The notes under the pieces: generated by a model
Databases searched by the model: none
Told to the model about the DNA's origin: nothing
Seen by the model: the letters and a program-made list of their open reading frames with translations, nothing else
Translations under genes and position numbers: made by a program
In this document: piece by piece, positions 25,270-38,183 of the stretch
How positions within the stretch are numbered: position 1 is the stretch's first letter
How the letters are laid out: the number at the start of each line of letters is the position of its first letter
DNA from: Octopus bimaculoides
Lineage: Eukaryota
Direction: 5' to 3'
Length of the DNA stretch: 63,770 nt
Assembly (NCBI RefSeq): GCF_001194135.2
Contig: NC_068991.1
Location: forward strand, 43,877,782 to 43,941,551

Positions 25270-26117
25270 GGACCGTTGCCATAGTAACAAAACTAAAGCA
25301 TGCAGAATGAAACTGTTTAGTACAGATTGATCTTGACCTCTGCCGTGCATGTGCACTAAGTTTTAATGTTCTAGCTCTCTTCCACTGTTTATAGCAGGGC
25401 TTCAAAATAACATGTGTAATGTGTGATCATCATATTCACCATGACAAAGAAAGTTGCCATGGTGATACCTGCTCAGAGGCCTATGCAAAGTTGCAGAAAG
25501 TGTATGAAGAGGCGTGTATGTGCTGCACACAAGTGTATGAGTGGTTCAGACGTTTCCAAGATGGCCAAAAAAATGTCAATAGTGACAAACGTTCTGGGAG
25601 ACCTGCAACCAGCAGAACTGAGAAAAACATCACAGATGTGCATGCAGCCATGAGGGAAAATTGCTGAATCACTATCCGTAAGTTATCAGAGGATGTATAG
25701 AGTAGTTGCAGTTCAGTTCAGTCCATTATCATTGAGATACGTGTCTGCCAAGTTTGTGCCACAACTGCTTTCAGCTGATCAAAAGGATATTTGGGTTTCA
25801 GTTGTACAAAATCTCCTTCATGGTGTTAAGAATGATCAAAACTTTTTGAAAACTTTGTGTAGGCTTCTGAGCAGGTATCGCCAAGCTTTTGGCAAAATTT
25901 GGTGCAGATTCTCTGCTCAACTTTCTCTGTAATGGTCAATGTGATGAACACACACTACAGACGTTACTTCCAAGCACTGCTGTAAACAGCGGAAGTGAGT
26001 TAGAATGTTAAAACTTAGCACAGCAAAGTTCAAGGTCAATCTGTGCTAAGCAGCTTCACACTGTGTGCTTTAGCTTCATTATTATAGAAGCAATCCGGAT
26101 ACTTATTGATCAACGTG
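25270..26117. mobile_element. Two convergent 5' halves of one mariner family (+ 25270-25855; - 25851-26117)
   Basis: Plus strand: GDTCSEAYAKLQKVY...VYEWFRRF...RSGRP...VSAKFVP. Minus strand: TITEKVEQRICTKFCQKLGDTCSEAY. TIR-like end and TA at 26095-26119. Confidence 0.85.
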
Positions 26118-26123
26118 TATGTG

Positions 26124-26162
<39 letters not shown>

Positions 26163-26201
26163 ATGTTTTGCGTTCTTGTCCCATTTTGTATATATATATA
26201 T

Positions 26202-26362
26202 TGGCTGTGTGGTAAGTAGCTTGCTTACCAACCACATGGTTCCGGGTTCAGTCCCACTGCATGGCACCTTGGGCAAGTGTTTTCTACTATAGCCTCGGGC
26301 CAACCAAAGCCTTGTGAGTGGATTTGGTAGATGGAAACTGAAAGAAGCCTGTCGTATATATG

Positions 26363-26403
<41 letters not shown>

Positions 26404-26622
26404 ATGTTTGTATGTCTGTGTTTGTCCCCCAACATCGCTTGACAACTGATGCTGGTGTATTTACGTCCCCGTAACTTAGCGGTTCGGCAAAAGAGCCTGC
26501 TAGAATAAGTACTAGGCTTACAAAGAATAAGTCCTGGGGTCGATTTGCTCGACTAAAGGCGGTGCTCCAGCATGGCTGCAGTCAAATGACTGAAACAAAT
26601 AAAAGAGTAAAAGAGTAAAGAG
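26202..26622 (+). mobile_element. SINE A, full length; tail-to-tail with a minus-strand 3' half at 26640-26860
   Basis: Complete head, internal (TA)n(TG)n and tail. Confidence 0.9.
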
Positions 26623-27927
26623 TATATATATATATATATATATCTTTTAGCTTTTACCTTTTCAGTCATTGGATTGTGGCCATGTTGGGGCACTGCCTTG
26701 AAAGGTTTAGTCAAACAAATTAACCCCTGTACTTACATATTTTTTTAATCTGGTACTTATTCTATCAGCTTGTTTTGCCAAATCGCTTAGTCATGGGGAT
26801 GTAAACAAACCAACACTGGTTGTCAAGCAGTGGGAAGACAAACACAAAGACACACACATACATGTATGTGTGTGTGTGTGTGTGTATACATATACATATA
26901 CACACACATGCACGCACACAAGCATATCGCTGCAATGCTGCAGGCTATTGATGCTGGAGCTTATCTGGGTTTTTTAGAAGTGTTTAGGTGACTGAGAGTA
27001 AAAGATTCAGCACTGAATTTTCTTGTTTATTTTGCGACAACAACTTCACTCTTGAATTATCTCATTTGTCTTCAGAAATGTTTATATTTTATCTTTCATG
27101 TGATAAGTATTCTGTGTAAGTGCTGTTTTAATTTGTTTCTTCTTTTTTCTTCCTTCTCCATAAAATTTCTGATGATTGTTAAATAGCAATTTGATAACAA
27201 TGTTAGAAATAGCAAACAAAAAAGAAAAGGAAAAGGAAAATCCTTTACTTGCAGGAATGTTGCAGAAATCCAAAATATTTTTTTTTTATTTATTTGATTT
27301 CTTGAAATCATTTCTATTTTTATCCTGCTAAGCTGGTAGGGTGAGGTATGATTTCAAGACACATCATTCTCTCAGTACTGATAAATTTTTCCATTTTTAC
27401 CAATAACTGGACTGTTTACCTTTTTGCAAAAGAACTAAATTTGTTGTTGGTACTGTTATTGCTGTTGCGCTTCTTATTCTTAACTGCCCACGTTGTCATC
27501 CTTCCATTCCCACTTCTGCATCTTGTCTTACATTTTTCTTCCCTCCCATTCTTCTTCTTTTGGCAGGGGTCACTTTAATTAACTACCTCTCATCTACAAC
27601 TTAGTGGCTTTGTGCCAAAGTTAGAAATAATAATTGTTTTTAGTTTACTCCAGCAGTAGAACCAGTAGTTCAAGTTATAGTTCCAGTAATATGACTACAA
27701 ATAGTAATTTGTCAGATGAAAGTACCCTATAGAATTTAGTGTTAATCCTCTAATTTCCAAATTCAAATCCTAATATAGCAGGCTTCTCCTTTTATTCCTC
27801 TGAAGTCAATAAAATAAATACTCACAACAAACATTTGTTAATTCAACAGACTATCTTCTATCTATTCCTCTATAAGATTGATATTGTGCTTTGTGAAAAG
27901 ATATAATTATTAATATTGGCATAATTG

Positions 27928-28152
27928 TAAGGTGGCGAACTGGCAGAATTGTTAGCATACCGGGTATAATGCTTAGCAGCATTTCGTTTGTCTTTATGTT
28001 CTGAGTTCAAATTCCACCAAGGTCGTCTTTGCCTTGCCTTTCATTCTTTAGGGGTTGATAAAATAAGTACCAGTTGAGCACTGGGGTTGATATAATTGAT
28101 TTATACCCTCCCCTGAAATTGCTGGCCTTATGCCAAAATTTGAAACCAATAT
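27928..28152 (+). mobile_element. SINE B, full length
   Basis: Head TAAGGTGGCGAACTGGCAGAA to tail TTTGAAACCAATATT. Confidence 0.85.
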
Positions 28153-28749
28153 TGGAGTAGTTGTGGGATGACCAAGTCTACAAAGCTATTCAACTAAATG
28201 CATACAAAGGTCTACCTTCATTTTGCACTACCTTCAGGCTGCATTCCACTTATAACATAGTGCATCTAAGACTACAATATCTAATGTCGCCTTTTTAAAG
28301 TGACAGGTGTAAATTGGGCATGATTTGGTTGCTACCACTAACAGCAACCATGAAGAGAGTATCCAGGATTGATACAATGTGTCCTAATCATATATTGGAT
28401 CAGTGCAATCTATTATATCCTTCCCACTTCAAATTTCAACTTTGTGACTTTATAAGAAACCATTAGTATTATTAGTAAAGATGCTTTCAGATACTGCATG
28501 ATTCCCAGATCTCCTTCTGCTCAACTCCCAAATAAAATGTTTCTGTAAGTAGCACTTTGCCTGAAATTTGCTATCTGTTTCATTTCCGACTCCACACAGT
28601 AACAGTTATTGATGACCTAACCAGATTGACAACAATCTCACCAGATGCAATTGTATCTTTAGTGAAGCTGATGACATCGTCCTGGATGGAGATCAATGGT
28701 GAAAGAGGATTAGATAGGGTTGAATGCACATCTTTTATACTGTAGACTA

Positions 28750-29165
28750 CATCATCATCATCATTTAATGTTCGTTTTCCCTGCTGACATGGTTTGGACA
28801 GTTTGATAGGAGCTGGCCAGCTGAAGAGGGCCCTATGTCTGTTTTGGCATGGTTTCTACAGCTGAATGCCCTTTCTGACACCAACCACTTTACAGAGTAT
28901 ACCAGGTGCTTTTATGCAGCACCAGCATAGATGTTTTTATGTATCACCAGCATAGGTACTTTTACTTGGTACCAGCACCCTTGAGCCAGCAAGATTAGGA
29001 CCACTCAGTTGAAGGGGGATGTAGGGGATGTGCCTGTATGCAAGGACAACTATGATTTTACTTTGCTTGATGTGTCTTCTCAAGCACAGCAAACCACAAG
29101 AAGTCTCAGTCCTTTGTCATTTGCTCTGTGAGGCCCAAAGTATAAAGATCCTTTCTTGGACAACA
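28750..29165 (-). mobile_element. RTE 3' end relic with (GAT)n tail
   Basis: Reverse complement matches 19385-19470 and the RTE tail. Confidence 0.7.
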
Positions 29166-29189
29166 ACACCAACACCATCAACAACAACA

Positions 29190-29740
29190 ACTACACTCAT
29201 GACCTTGGGTGAGACAGCAAGCTACATATTTTTTCTGGGAGTTGATCTTCTGGTCTTGGCATAAATTCTTCTTCTTGGAGAAGAATCACAATCGGTATTT
29301 CAACTTGTTGATCAGCTTCTTTGTGTGCTTGACTCATTTTTCCTGCATTGCCTTGACCAAAAATTGTCCCTTCCTCAAGTAACAAATGCCCTCATGCATC
29401 ACCAGCCTGATGAGTTTTTCCTCTACATTTTTCTTCGATTCAATGGTATCAACTTGCTGGGATCATTGTTGATGACCTGGATTTCAGTGATGAATTTTGG
29501 CATTCTGGTGGCATCATGTTGTCAATCATGAGTTTTCCTCTCTGCTATCACCTCGTAGTCAAATCCTGAATCTTCCAGCTCCCTTCTGACCTTTTCCACC
29601 ATACTTCTGCCAACGTTGAGAAAGTCTGAAATCTCTTTGTTTGTCTTTCCAATGCAGATTTCAAAGAAGATTCTATGCCTCTTCCACAAATTGGGAGGTT
29701 CAAAATTTTCCAGAGTCAATTATTCTGCCAAAAAATAAAG
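29190..29740 (-). mobile_element. Tc1/mariner transposase relic (DD37D/maT-like)
   Basis: HTH: KRHRI...NKEISDFLNVGRSMVEKVRREL; downstream RKGQF, KKLINKLK, KNLCQDQKINSQ motifs. Confidence 0.7.
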
Positions 29741-29994
29741 CAAAAATGGTTATTGTTTTTAAGAAGAAAAAGATAGACAACAAAAGTAGACCACATCACT
29801 ATCATCTTTTTTTTCTCCCTCTCTCTTTCTATCATATGCTATGTATGCTTCCATTCTTTTATTGTATACTGTGTACACTATTTTCTTTTTTTTATCATTC
29901 CATTGTATGTAAATCCCCAAACTTTATGCCTGTCTTTTTATATTGTTCCCCTCATCCTTTACTCTGGTGGCAAATAAAAGCAATATTATTGTTA

Positions 29995-31470
29995 TTGTTG
30001 TTGACCTCTACTGAGGTCGACTTTGCTTTTCATCCTTTCAGGTTCAGTTGGGGTTGATGTAATCAACTACTCCACGCTCCCAAAATTTCAGGCCTTGTGC
30101 CTTTAGTAGAAAGGATTATTAAGGTGGTGAGCTGGCATAATCGTTAGCATGCTGGGCTAAATGCTTAGCAGTATTTTGTCTGCCACTATGTTCTGAGTTC
30201 AAATTCTGCTGAGGTCAACTTTGCATTTCATCCTTTTGGGGTCGATAAATTAAGTACCAATGAAGCACTGGGGTCAATGTAATTGACTAATACCCTCCCC
30301 CCAAATTTCAGGCCTTGTGCCTATAATAGAAAGGATTATTGTTATTACTGAAATCATCATTATGAAAGCAGTGAGCTGGCAGAATCATTAGCACATTGGA
30401 CAAAATGCTTAGCAGCATTTCTCCTAGCTCTTTATGCTCTTAGTTCAAATCCTACCAATGTTCACTTTGCTTTCATCGTTTTGGGGATGATAAAATAAGT
30501 ACCAGTTGAACATTGTCTTATCCTCTCTCCTAAAAAATTGCTGTTCTTGCACCAAGTTAGAAAGAGTTGTTATCATCATTATGAAATTAGAAGTAATATT
30601 GTTATAATGGATAAGGCGATGAGCTGGTGGAATCATTAGCACACTGGGTGAAATGCTGCTAAGCATTTCATCCTTCTTCACATTCTGAAGACAACTTTGC
30701 CTTTCATTTTTTCAGGGTTTATAAAATAAGTACTATGTGAGTGATGGGGTCAATGTAACTGACTTATCCCTGCCCTCAAAATTACTGATCTTGTGCCAAA
30801 ATTTGAAATCACTATCATTATGATGTATTGATAGAATCATTAGAGTATTGTACAAAATACCTTGTGATATATAGTTATGGCTCTTCATGTTCTGAGTTCA
30901 CATCCTGTCAAAGCCAACATTGCTTTTCATCTTCCTAGGTTTGATAAAATAAAGTACCAGTCAAGTACTGGGGCTGATATCTTGACTGACCTTCTCTCAA
31001 AGTTACTGACCTTATACTAAATCAGAAACCGGTCAAAGGTAGTGAACTTGTAGAGTGTCAAAAAATGCATTTCAGTATTCATTCCTTACATTCTGTGTTC
31101 AAATCCTGCTGAGGTCATCTGGGGTTGATTAAAATAAAGTACTTGTCAGATACTGGAGTTAATGGTATTAACTGCTTGCCCTCCCCTCAAGATTGCTGGC
31201 CTTGTACCTAAATTAAAAAAAAAAAAGTTATTATTTTTATCAAGACTGCAAGCTGACAGAATCATTAGAGCATTAAGAAAAGATGTTTTGTATTTTTCTT
31301 AATGCTCTTTGCTTTCTGAGTTTTGATTCCCCTAGGATCAGTTTTGCTTTTCATCCCTACAGTGTTGATAAAATAGTGTACCAGTCAAGTATTGGGCCCN
31401 NNNNNNNNNNNNNATGGTATCCCCTCCCCTCAAAACTGCTGGCTTTGTACCTAAATTAGAAACCATTGAT
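29995..31470 (+). repeat. Head-to-tail array of 7 SINE B copies
   Basis: Starts near 30005 (tail only), 30120, 30365, 30612, 30825, 31040 and 31243; (ATT/ATC)-rich linkers. Confidence 0.85.
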
Positions 31471-33239
31471 GTTATAATAATTAGAATGTGATAATAATGA
31501 CAAGGCTGATAAATAGCTATACAACATCTAGTTCAATGCAATTCATGGGAAAATTGTGACCTCACTGAAAGCCTGGAAAAAGCAATTTTTCCTTTACACT
31601 TCCTGTATATATTTTTAATGTTCTATTATATTTCCCACATTTTTATTTGTGGTCTTTGTCTACTATAAATGGATTTCTTGTGTTTTCTACTTTAAAAATT
31701 TGGTATCACTTTGATGTATTTGCTAGTTTTCTTTTTGAAAATAATGTAAGAAAGAAACTATAAATTCTCTGGTAGTACCATTGTTGTTCTTATTTAGCCC
31801 TTGGTCAATCCTGATCAAGGCCTTTGATCAAAGGCATTCCAGCCATGACCATTCAATCTTTTTAAGGTTTTGTAGGACTGTATTATCAAAAGTATTAAGA
31901 TGGTAGGGTGAAATCTGAGGGAGATTTAGCTGCCATTTCTCACAGATCAAGTGGCCACATATGGGATCTGTTTGTATTTACTTTGCTTTTCATCTACATT
32001 GTGCTAAAATGTTATTTTTTTATGGAAGTTTTGTATTAGGCATTGATTTTTTGTATAAGATTTTAATCTTAGCACTGTTAACCTTAACTTCATCCATGAC
32101 CGTTTTGTCATTTTTAAACACAGCCTCTCTCTTACCATCATCATCTCTGTTACCATTGGATTACATTATCAGTGTCTAATTAAGGTAACTCAACTCTATG
32201 CCATTCTGTTACATAAGAACTACCTTCTAAATCCTTTACTACTTGATGCTTACTATTTTTATGCTGACCACTTTTGGTATAATATTTACTTCACTTGTGA
32301 AACGGCTGAATGACTGATAGCATCTTTCTAGGAATGCCTCCCTACATCCCTTACACAATCAAATCCCACAACCATAAAATCTCTCATTTGTTTACTCATA
32401 GGTGTACAGTCAAAGAATACAACCTACAACATATCTGCCATGATTAGAAACCCTTTGGTTGGTTTCAGTTTTGAGTTCTCAGCTTCTTAACTAGCACTTG
32501 TGTTTTTCTTTATCTACTTCAGATTTGCTCAGTCAAATATCTCAGCATGGCAATTTTGTTGTGCTGTTTTTACTTCAGTTATTGGTGTTTTAAAAATATT
32601 TTCCAATATTTCTCTATCATCTCACAAATGGCTGTTATTTCAGTTTCAGTTTTTAAGCTGTCAGCTTAATTGTTGATGGAAAATAGATTTTTTTTAGCTT
32701 TGTTTACATTTTATAAGTTATTTATACTAATTTGCATTTATTCTTAAATAGATATTTTTGTAATGCTACAGTGAATGGTTAATGACAGAGAGGTGGGAGG
32801 TCTTTCTCACCTCTCTGTGTTCAGCTAAATATATTTCTATGTCAGCTTTTTAAGAGATATATTTTAAATTCTGATATTCATTTCTTTGTTTACCTATCTA
32901 ATCTTGCAAATTCATTTCACTTCCAGTTAATATTATCACTGTAATTATTATTAGAACAAATAAGGTATTGAATCCTATTATACCCATTTCCTTATTTTTT
33001 AACGTTAATTTCAATTCTAAATATTTATCCAATACATCTATAATATTTGTTTCCAATTTTAACACAAGGCCAGTAATTTTAAGGGAGCAAGTAAGTCAAT
33101 TACATTGGCCTTGGTACTCAACTGATACTTATTTTATCAATCCTGAAAGGATGAAAGGTGAAGTTGACCATGATGGAATTCATGTATTGGTTATCATACT
33201 AGAGCATGTATGTCTGTAAAAAATGTCATCTTGTTTTTA

Positions 33240-34830
33240 GGTTAAATGAATCCAGTGCCAGAAAGAAGAAGAGTAGATAGATGTAGGTATCCTTAGAATG
33301 TTTGTTTTCTAATAGAATTGGTTTTGTTTTTGTAATTCCTTCTTTTGTTTGGGTCTATACCCTTACTCCAGCATGTTTGATGTACCTACTTATTATTGGT
33401 ACTGCTTTATACCTAATGATTCCAAAATCCATAGATGGAGAATTTTATGATAATCAATCTGCATCATACCCGGGCCCATTTTCACCAGTTATAACTTTGT
33501 TACTTCACATGAACCTCTGGAGCACTCTTTCTGTTCTTCAGACAAAGGCTGAGTGGTGATGGGAAATTAATGCCAGTTGAGTACTTTACCTTAGTATATT
33601 CTAGACTAGTTAGTTAACATTCTTTTTTTTTTTTTTTCTATTTAAGTTTCTGAAGAGTTGTTAAGATTTTTTTTCATTGCGAACCATTTAGATGTTTTTG
33701 GTTCTTTTCGTAAATTGTTGGCTATCTTTGCAAGTACTTTGTGGGTTGGTATTTGTTTGATATTTTGGCAAGAATTTTGGTACTTTGGCAATCTGTCTGC
33801 TGTCTATACTAATTCCCCAAAGTGTTATACTTCTTGTATTTGGCACTGTTTGGGGTTTTTTTTATTTTCAATTTTACTTGATTCTTGGTAAAATAATTTT
33901 GGTTGGGTGATGAACTGTTTGCTTTGTTCAAAAAATGTTCAAAAAAGCATTACTGGTATTCATAACAATGAAGTCTATGTGATTTTGTCAATCACTTTGA
34001 CTTGATTTCAGATAATATTTTGTGGGGAAATGTTTTATATTTCTGCAATATTTTTCATTTACGCGTTTTTGTTATCAATCTCAATAGCCATTTTTTAGTC
34101 TTCTCTGTGTAGTTTTCCACATTATTTTGTTAGGTTTTAGATCTTCCTCTATGAGAAGATAACCACTTTCCTTTGTGATTACCATTGCTGTTGCATAGAT
34201 TAGTTGATTTATCCTGCTGATATTGATTTTCACATTTGTTTCAAATGTATCTATGATGGCTCAGTTTGATTTTTTTTTTTTTATTGTTACTGTTATTTTT
34301 TCATTAAGTTTTATATTTGGCCGGGTCTTTCATTAGTCCAGAAAAAGATTTATTGATTTAATTTTTTTAACTATTTCCATCTGTAGATTATTGTCATATT
34401 AAAAATTTCTAACTTTAGATCTTTCTACCCTTAAATCTTTGTTTTTTTATATTCATTGGTGTTCATATTTTTATTAGTGTAGTTCTGATTCAGCTTTTGT
34501 CGGTCAATATTCTGTAGCTGTGCTGGAGTTTGTTTTTGTAGGGTTTTGTTGTTTCTTTTATTTGTTTCATTTTTGTCTATCTCTCTGATTTATGTTTTCA
34601 ATGCTTTATTTTTGTGGTTTGTATTTTTGCGGTTTTGTATTTTCATTGTGTATTCTTTCTTCTAAGCGTTTATTTCTGTGTCTGAAATATTTTCAATTTT
34701 TAGTATCTTCTTAAATTAGCTAGTCAGTTGGAATCCAGATTTACAGTTAGATGAGAGCTCTTTGTATGTTGTTGGTTTCCATTTTTGCAAATATTTCATG
34801 TATGTATTCCATCCTTCATAGGGTCTCTCT
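33240..34830 (-). mobile_element. Highly decayed R4/Dong-like LINE
   Basis: INQLIYATAMVIT (about 34176-34214) and EEQKECSRGS (33511-33539), plus IDY...LWILESL, appear in R4-type order. Confidence 0.55.
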
Positions 34831-35084
34831 TTCACTTTGCTAGCTGTAAAGCAATCCCAATAGTACTGGTGCCATGAAAAATACCCAATACAGTTTGTAA
34901 TTGGTTAGTTATCATACCCAATACAGTTTGTAATTGGTTAGTTATCAATTTAAACAGTAACAGCACAGGGTTTGAGAGGGCTCTTTAGTTTTGCATATGG
35001 TAAAGCAGCCTCTATAGTGCTGGTGCTGCAAAAAGTACACCTAACATTGCGTAAAATGGTTGAAGTTGGGAAGAGCATCCAGCC

Positions 35085-36023
35085 ATATGTGTACTCGGCC
35101 AGTGGTCAGAAATAAGGTAAAGGATGACTTATCCGAGAAAATAACATTCTTCCATTGCTCTAGGGACAAATTCTGTAAGCTTTTACTCCACTCTAATCAC
35201 TTTGCAATGTTTGTTTTTGAAAGGAGTGGTTTTTTGATTGCAGTCCTCCCATGAAATCCGGTTTTGTGCAACTCCTGAGAAACAGTTTTTGTGGAAAATG
35301 GGTTCTCGGGGTGGTCATTAAGCTCTGCAGTAATTTTGGGAGCTGTACTTTTGTGATCCTTTCTAACAATTCGCATAAGAATCTGACGGTCCCTATCTGA
35401 AAGTTTTGGTTTTCTACTGGAGTTTTGTTTTGACGAGGAGGTCTTTCCCTCTTTCTCAAAGGCTGTCATTACTTTCAAGACAGTACTTCTTGATACACCA
35501 AACATTTCAGCTGTTTTCATTATGCTAGTGCCTGTTATACGAGTACCAACAATTTGACCTCTTTGAAAGTCTGACAGATCTGTCATTTTAATGAATTTTA
35601 ATTACCTTTTTCTGATGATATCTGAAAAGAAACAGCAATTTTAGCAAAACATATTAAGCAACACTAGTAATAAAAAACACAAAAATAAACAAGCTATTGA
35701 CAGTTTTATAGATAATACAGTTCTATATTTAAGAGATGAGGAATTATGTACATTATTTACATTTGATGGATATTTGTACTCATCTTGTTTGTTGTTAGCA
35801 CGTTTCAGCTGATATACCCTCCAGCCGTCATCAGGTGTTTTGGGGAAATTTTGAACCTGATGAAGGCTAGAGGGTATATCAGCCGAAATGTTGTGTTAAC
35901 AACAAACAAGACGAGGACAAATATCCATCAAATGTAAATAATGCAAATAATGTAAGTTTTATAGATATTTCAAAATTATGATGCTATAATTCTAGGTGTT
36001 TCTATTATTTTGTCCAACCCCTG
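35085..36023 (-). mobile_element. Tc1-like element, left part, interrupted by the hammerhead element
   Basis: ORF 35197-35586 (paired-like HTH, ...GFHGRTAIKKPLLS) then WKNVIFSDKS. TIR TA|CAGGGGTTGGACAAAATAATAGAAACACC at 35995-36025. Confidence 0.9.
35715..35954. mobile_element. Second fold-back copy of the hammerhead-bearing element (no tRNA head)
   Basis: Same terminus CAGTTCTATATTTAAGAGATGAGG as 3406. Inversion at ACCTG microhomology near 35855. Perfect 13-bp TSD AGTTTTATAGATA (35702-35714, 35955-35967). Confidence 0.9.
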
Positions 36024-36029
36024 TATGTA

Positions 36030-36485
36030 ACTAAACTCCGCTTGCGAAGACCTGTTGAGGCAAGTGAAATCGAACTAATTTTGACGGCTGGCACCCATGC
36101 CAACATCATCTCCTTCATTGGACACAGAAACTTGGCTTGCGAAAACCTGTTGAGGCAAGCGAAAGCGAAAGCGAAATCGTGATGGCATTCAAGCAAGATC
36201 GTTGCCAGTGCCGCTGGACTGGCTCCCATGCAGGTGGTACGTAAAAGACACCATTTCAAGCGTGGCCGTTGCCAGTACCGCCTGACTGGCCTTCGTGCCG
36301 GTGGCATGTAAAGGCACCCACTACACTCTCGGAGTGGTTGGCATTAGGAAGGGCATCCAGCTGTGGAAACTCTGCCAAATCAGATTGGAGCCTGGTGTAG
36401 CCACCTGGTTCACCAGTCCTCAGTCAAATCGTTCAACCCATGCTAGCATGGAGAGCGGACGTCAAATGATGATGATGATGATGAT
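36030..36485 (+). mobile_element. RTE 3' UTR fragment with (GAT)n tail
   Basis: Homologous to 19540-20003. Confidence 0.85.
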
Positions 36486-36967
36486 ATATANNNNNNNNNN
36501 NNNNNNNNNNNNNNNNNNNNNNNNNNNNNNNNNNNNNNNNNNNNNNNNNNNNNNNNNNNNNNNNNNNNNNNNNNNNNNNNNNNNNNNNNNNNNNNNNNNN
36601 NNNNNNNNNNNNNNNNNNNNNNNNNNNNNNNNNNNNNNNNNNNNNNNNNNNNNNNNNNNNNNNNNNNNNNNNNNNNNNNNNNNNNNNNNNNNNNNNNNNN
36701 NNNNNNNNNNNNNNNNNNNNNNNNNNNNNNNNNNNNNNNNNNNNNNNNNNNNNNNNNNNNNNNNNNNNNNNNNNNNNNNNNNNNNNNNNNNNNNNNNNNN
36801 NNNNNNNNNNNNNNNNNNNNNNNNNNNNNNNNNNNNNNNNNNNNNNNNNNNNNNNNNNNNNNNNNNNNNNNNNNNNNNNNNNNNNNNNNNNNNNNNNNNN
36901 NNNNNNNNNNNNNNNNNNNNNNNNNNNNNNNNNNNNNNNNNNNNNNNNNNNNNNNNNNNNNNNNNNN

Positions 36968-37565
36968 CCCACTGCGTGGCATCTTGGGCAAATGTCTTCT
37001 ACTATAGCCTCGGGCCGACCAAAGCCTTGTGAGTGGATTTGGTAGACGGAAACTGAAAGAAGACCGTCGCATATATGTATATATATGTGTGTGTGTGTTT
37101 GTGTCTCTGTTTGTCCCCCTAGCATTGCTTGACAAACAATGCTGGTGTGTTTATGTCCCCGTCACTTAGCGGTTCGGCAAAAAGAGACCGATAGAATAAG
37201 TACTAGGCTTACAAAGAATAAGTCCTGGGGTCGATTTGCTCGACTAAAGGCGGTGCTCCAGCATGGCCGCAGTCAAATGACTGAAACAAGTAAAAGAATA
37301 AAAGAATAGGTAGGTAGATAGATATACATATGTTAGTGTGTGTGAGAGTCTTTATGTTTGTGTTATCTTCCACTACCACTTGACAACTGTTGTTGATTTG
37401 TTTATGTCCCCATAACTTAGCGATTTCATCAAAAAGAGACCAATAGAATAAGTATACCAGACTTAAAAAAGTAAGTATTGGAGTCAATTTGTTCAACTAA
37501 ACCCTTCAAGGTGGTGCCCCAGCCTGGCCACAGCCCAATAATTGAAACAAGTAAAAGGTAAAAGT
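36968..37565 (+). mobile_element. SINE A young copy (36968-37310) followed by an older 3' half (37315-37565)
   Basis: Family motifs. Confidence 0.85.
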
Positions 37566-38000
37566 ACTGGGTTTGTATCTGTCAACTACCCCACCTCCCA
37601 AATTTCTTATGTTAGAAATCATAATTTTCAACATCATCATCATCATCATCTTCAAGAATAAATCAAAGCATATGTCATTGCCAAAATAATGTGAGTAGTA
37701 GAAACTAGTACTCACTAATTGCAGATCCTTATTTACTCCATAACTTCACATGAAATGAACTAAATGACCTTGTTAGAGACTTCAAACTACCAAAGTGTAA
37801 AACATTCTTCAGACTTCAGAAGTGAAATGTTTAGCTTCTTCTACTCTTTGAATTGAAGAATATTTTCTTTATATATGAAAGAGGAAGTCATAAAGTTTTG
37901 TTTGTTTATTTGTTTTTTCTGTTTAGTCTATAGATAAAATAAGATCAAGTTTTAAATATTGTGGTCAAACAAGACAAATTTATTTATTTATTTTATTATC

Positions 38001-38145
38001 GTGGTAAGTAGCTTGCTTACCAACCACATGGTACCGGGTTCAGTCCCACTGCGTGGCATCTTGGGCAAGTGTCTTCTACTATAGCCTTGGGCCGACCAAA
38101 GCCTTGTGAGTGGATTTGGTAGATGGAAACTGAAAGAAGCCTGTC

Positions 38146-38183
<38 letters not shown>

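Noticed and set aside
32030-32350. Possible LINE RT thumb relic on the minus strand
   Set aside because: Too degenerate to support a call by eye.
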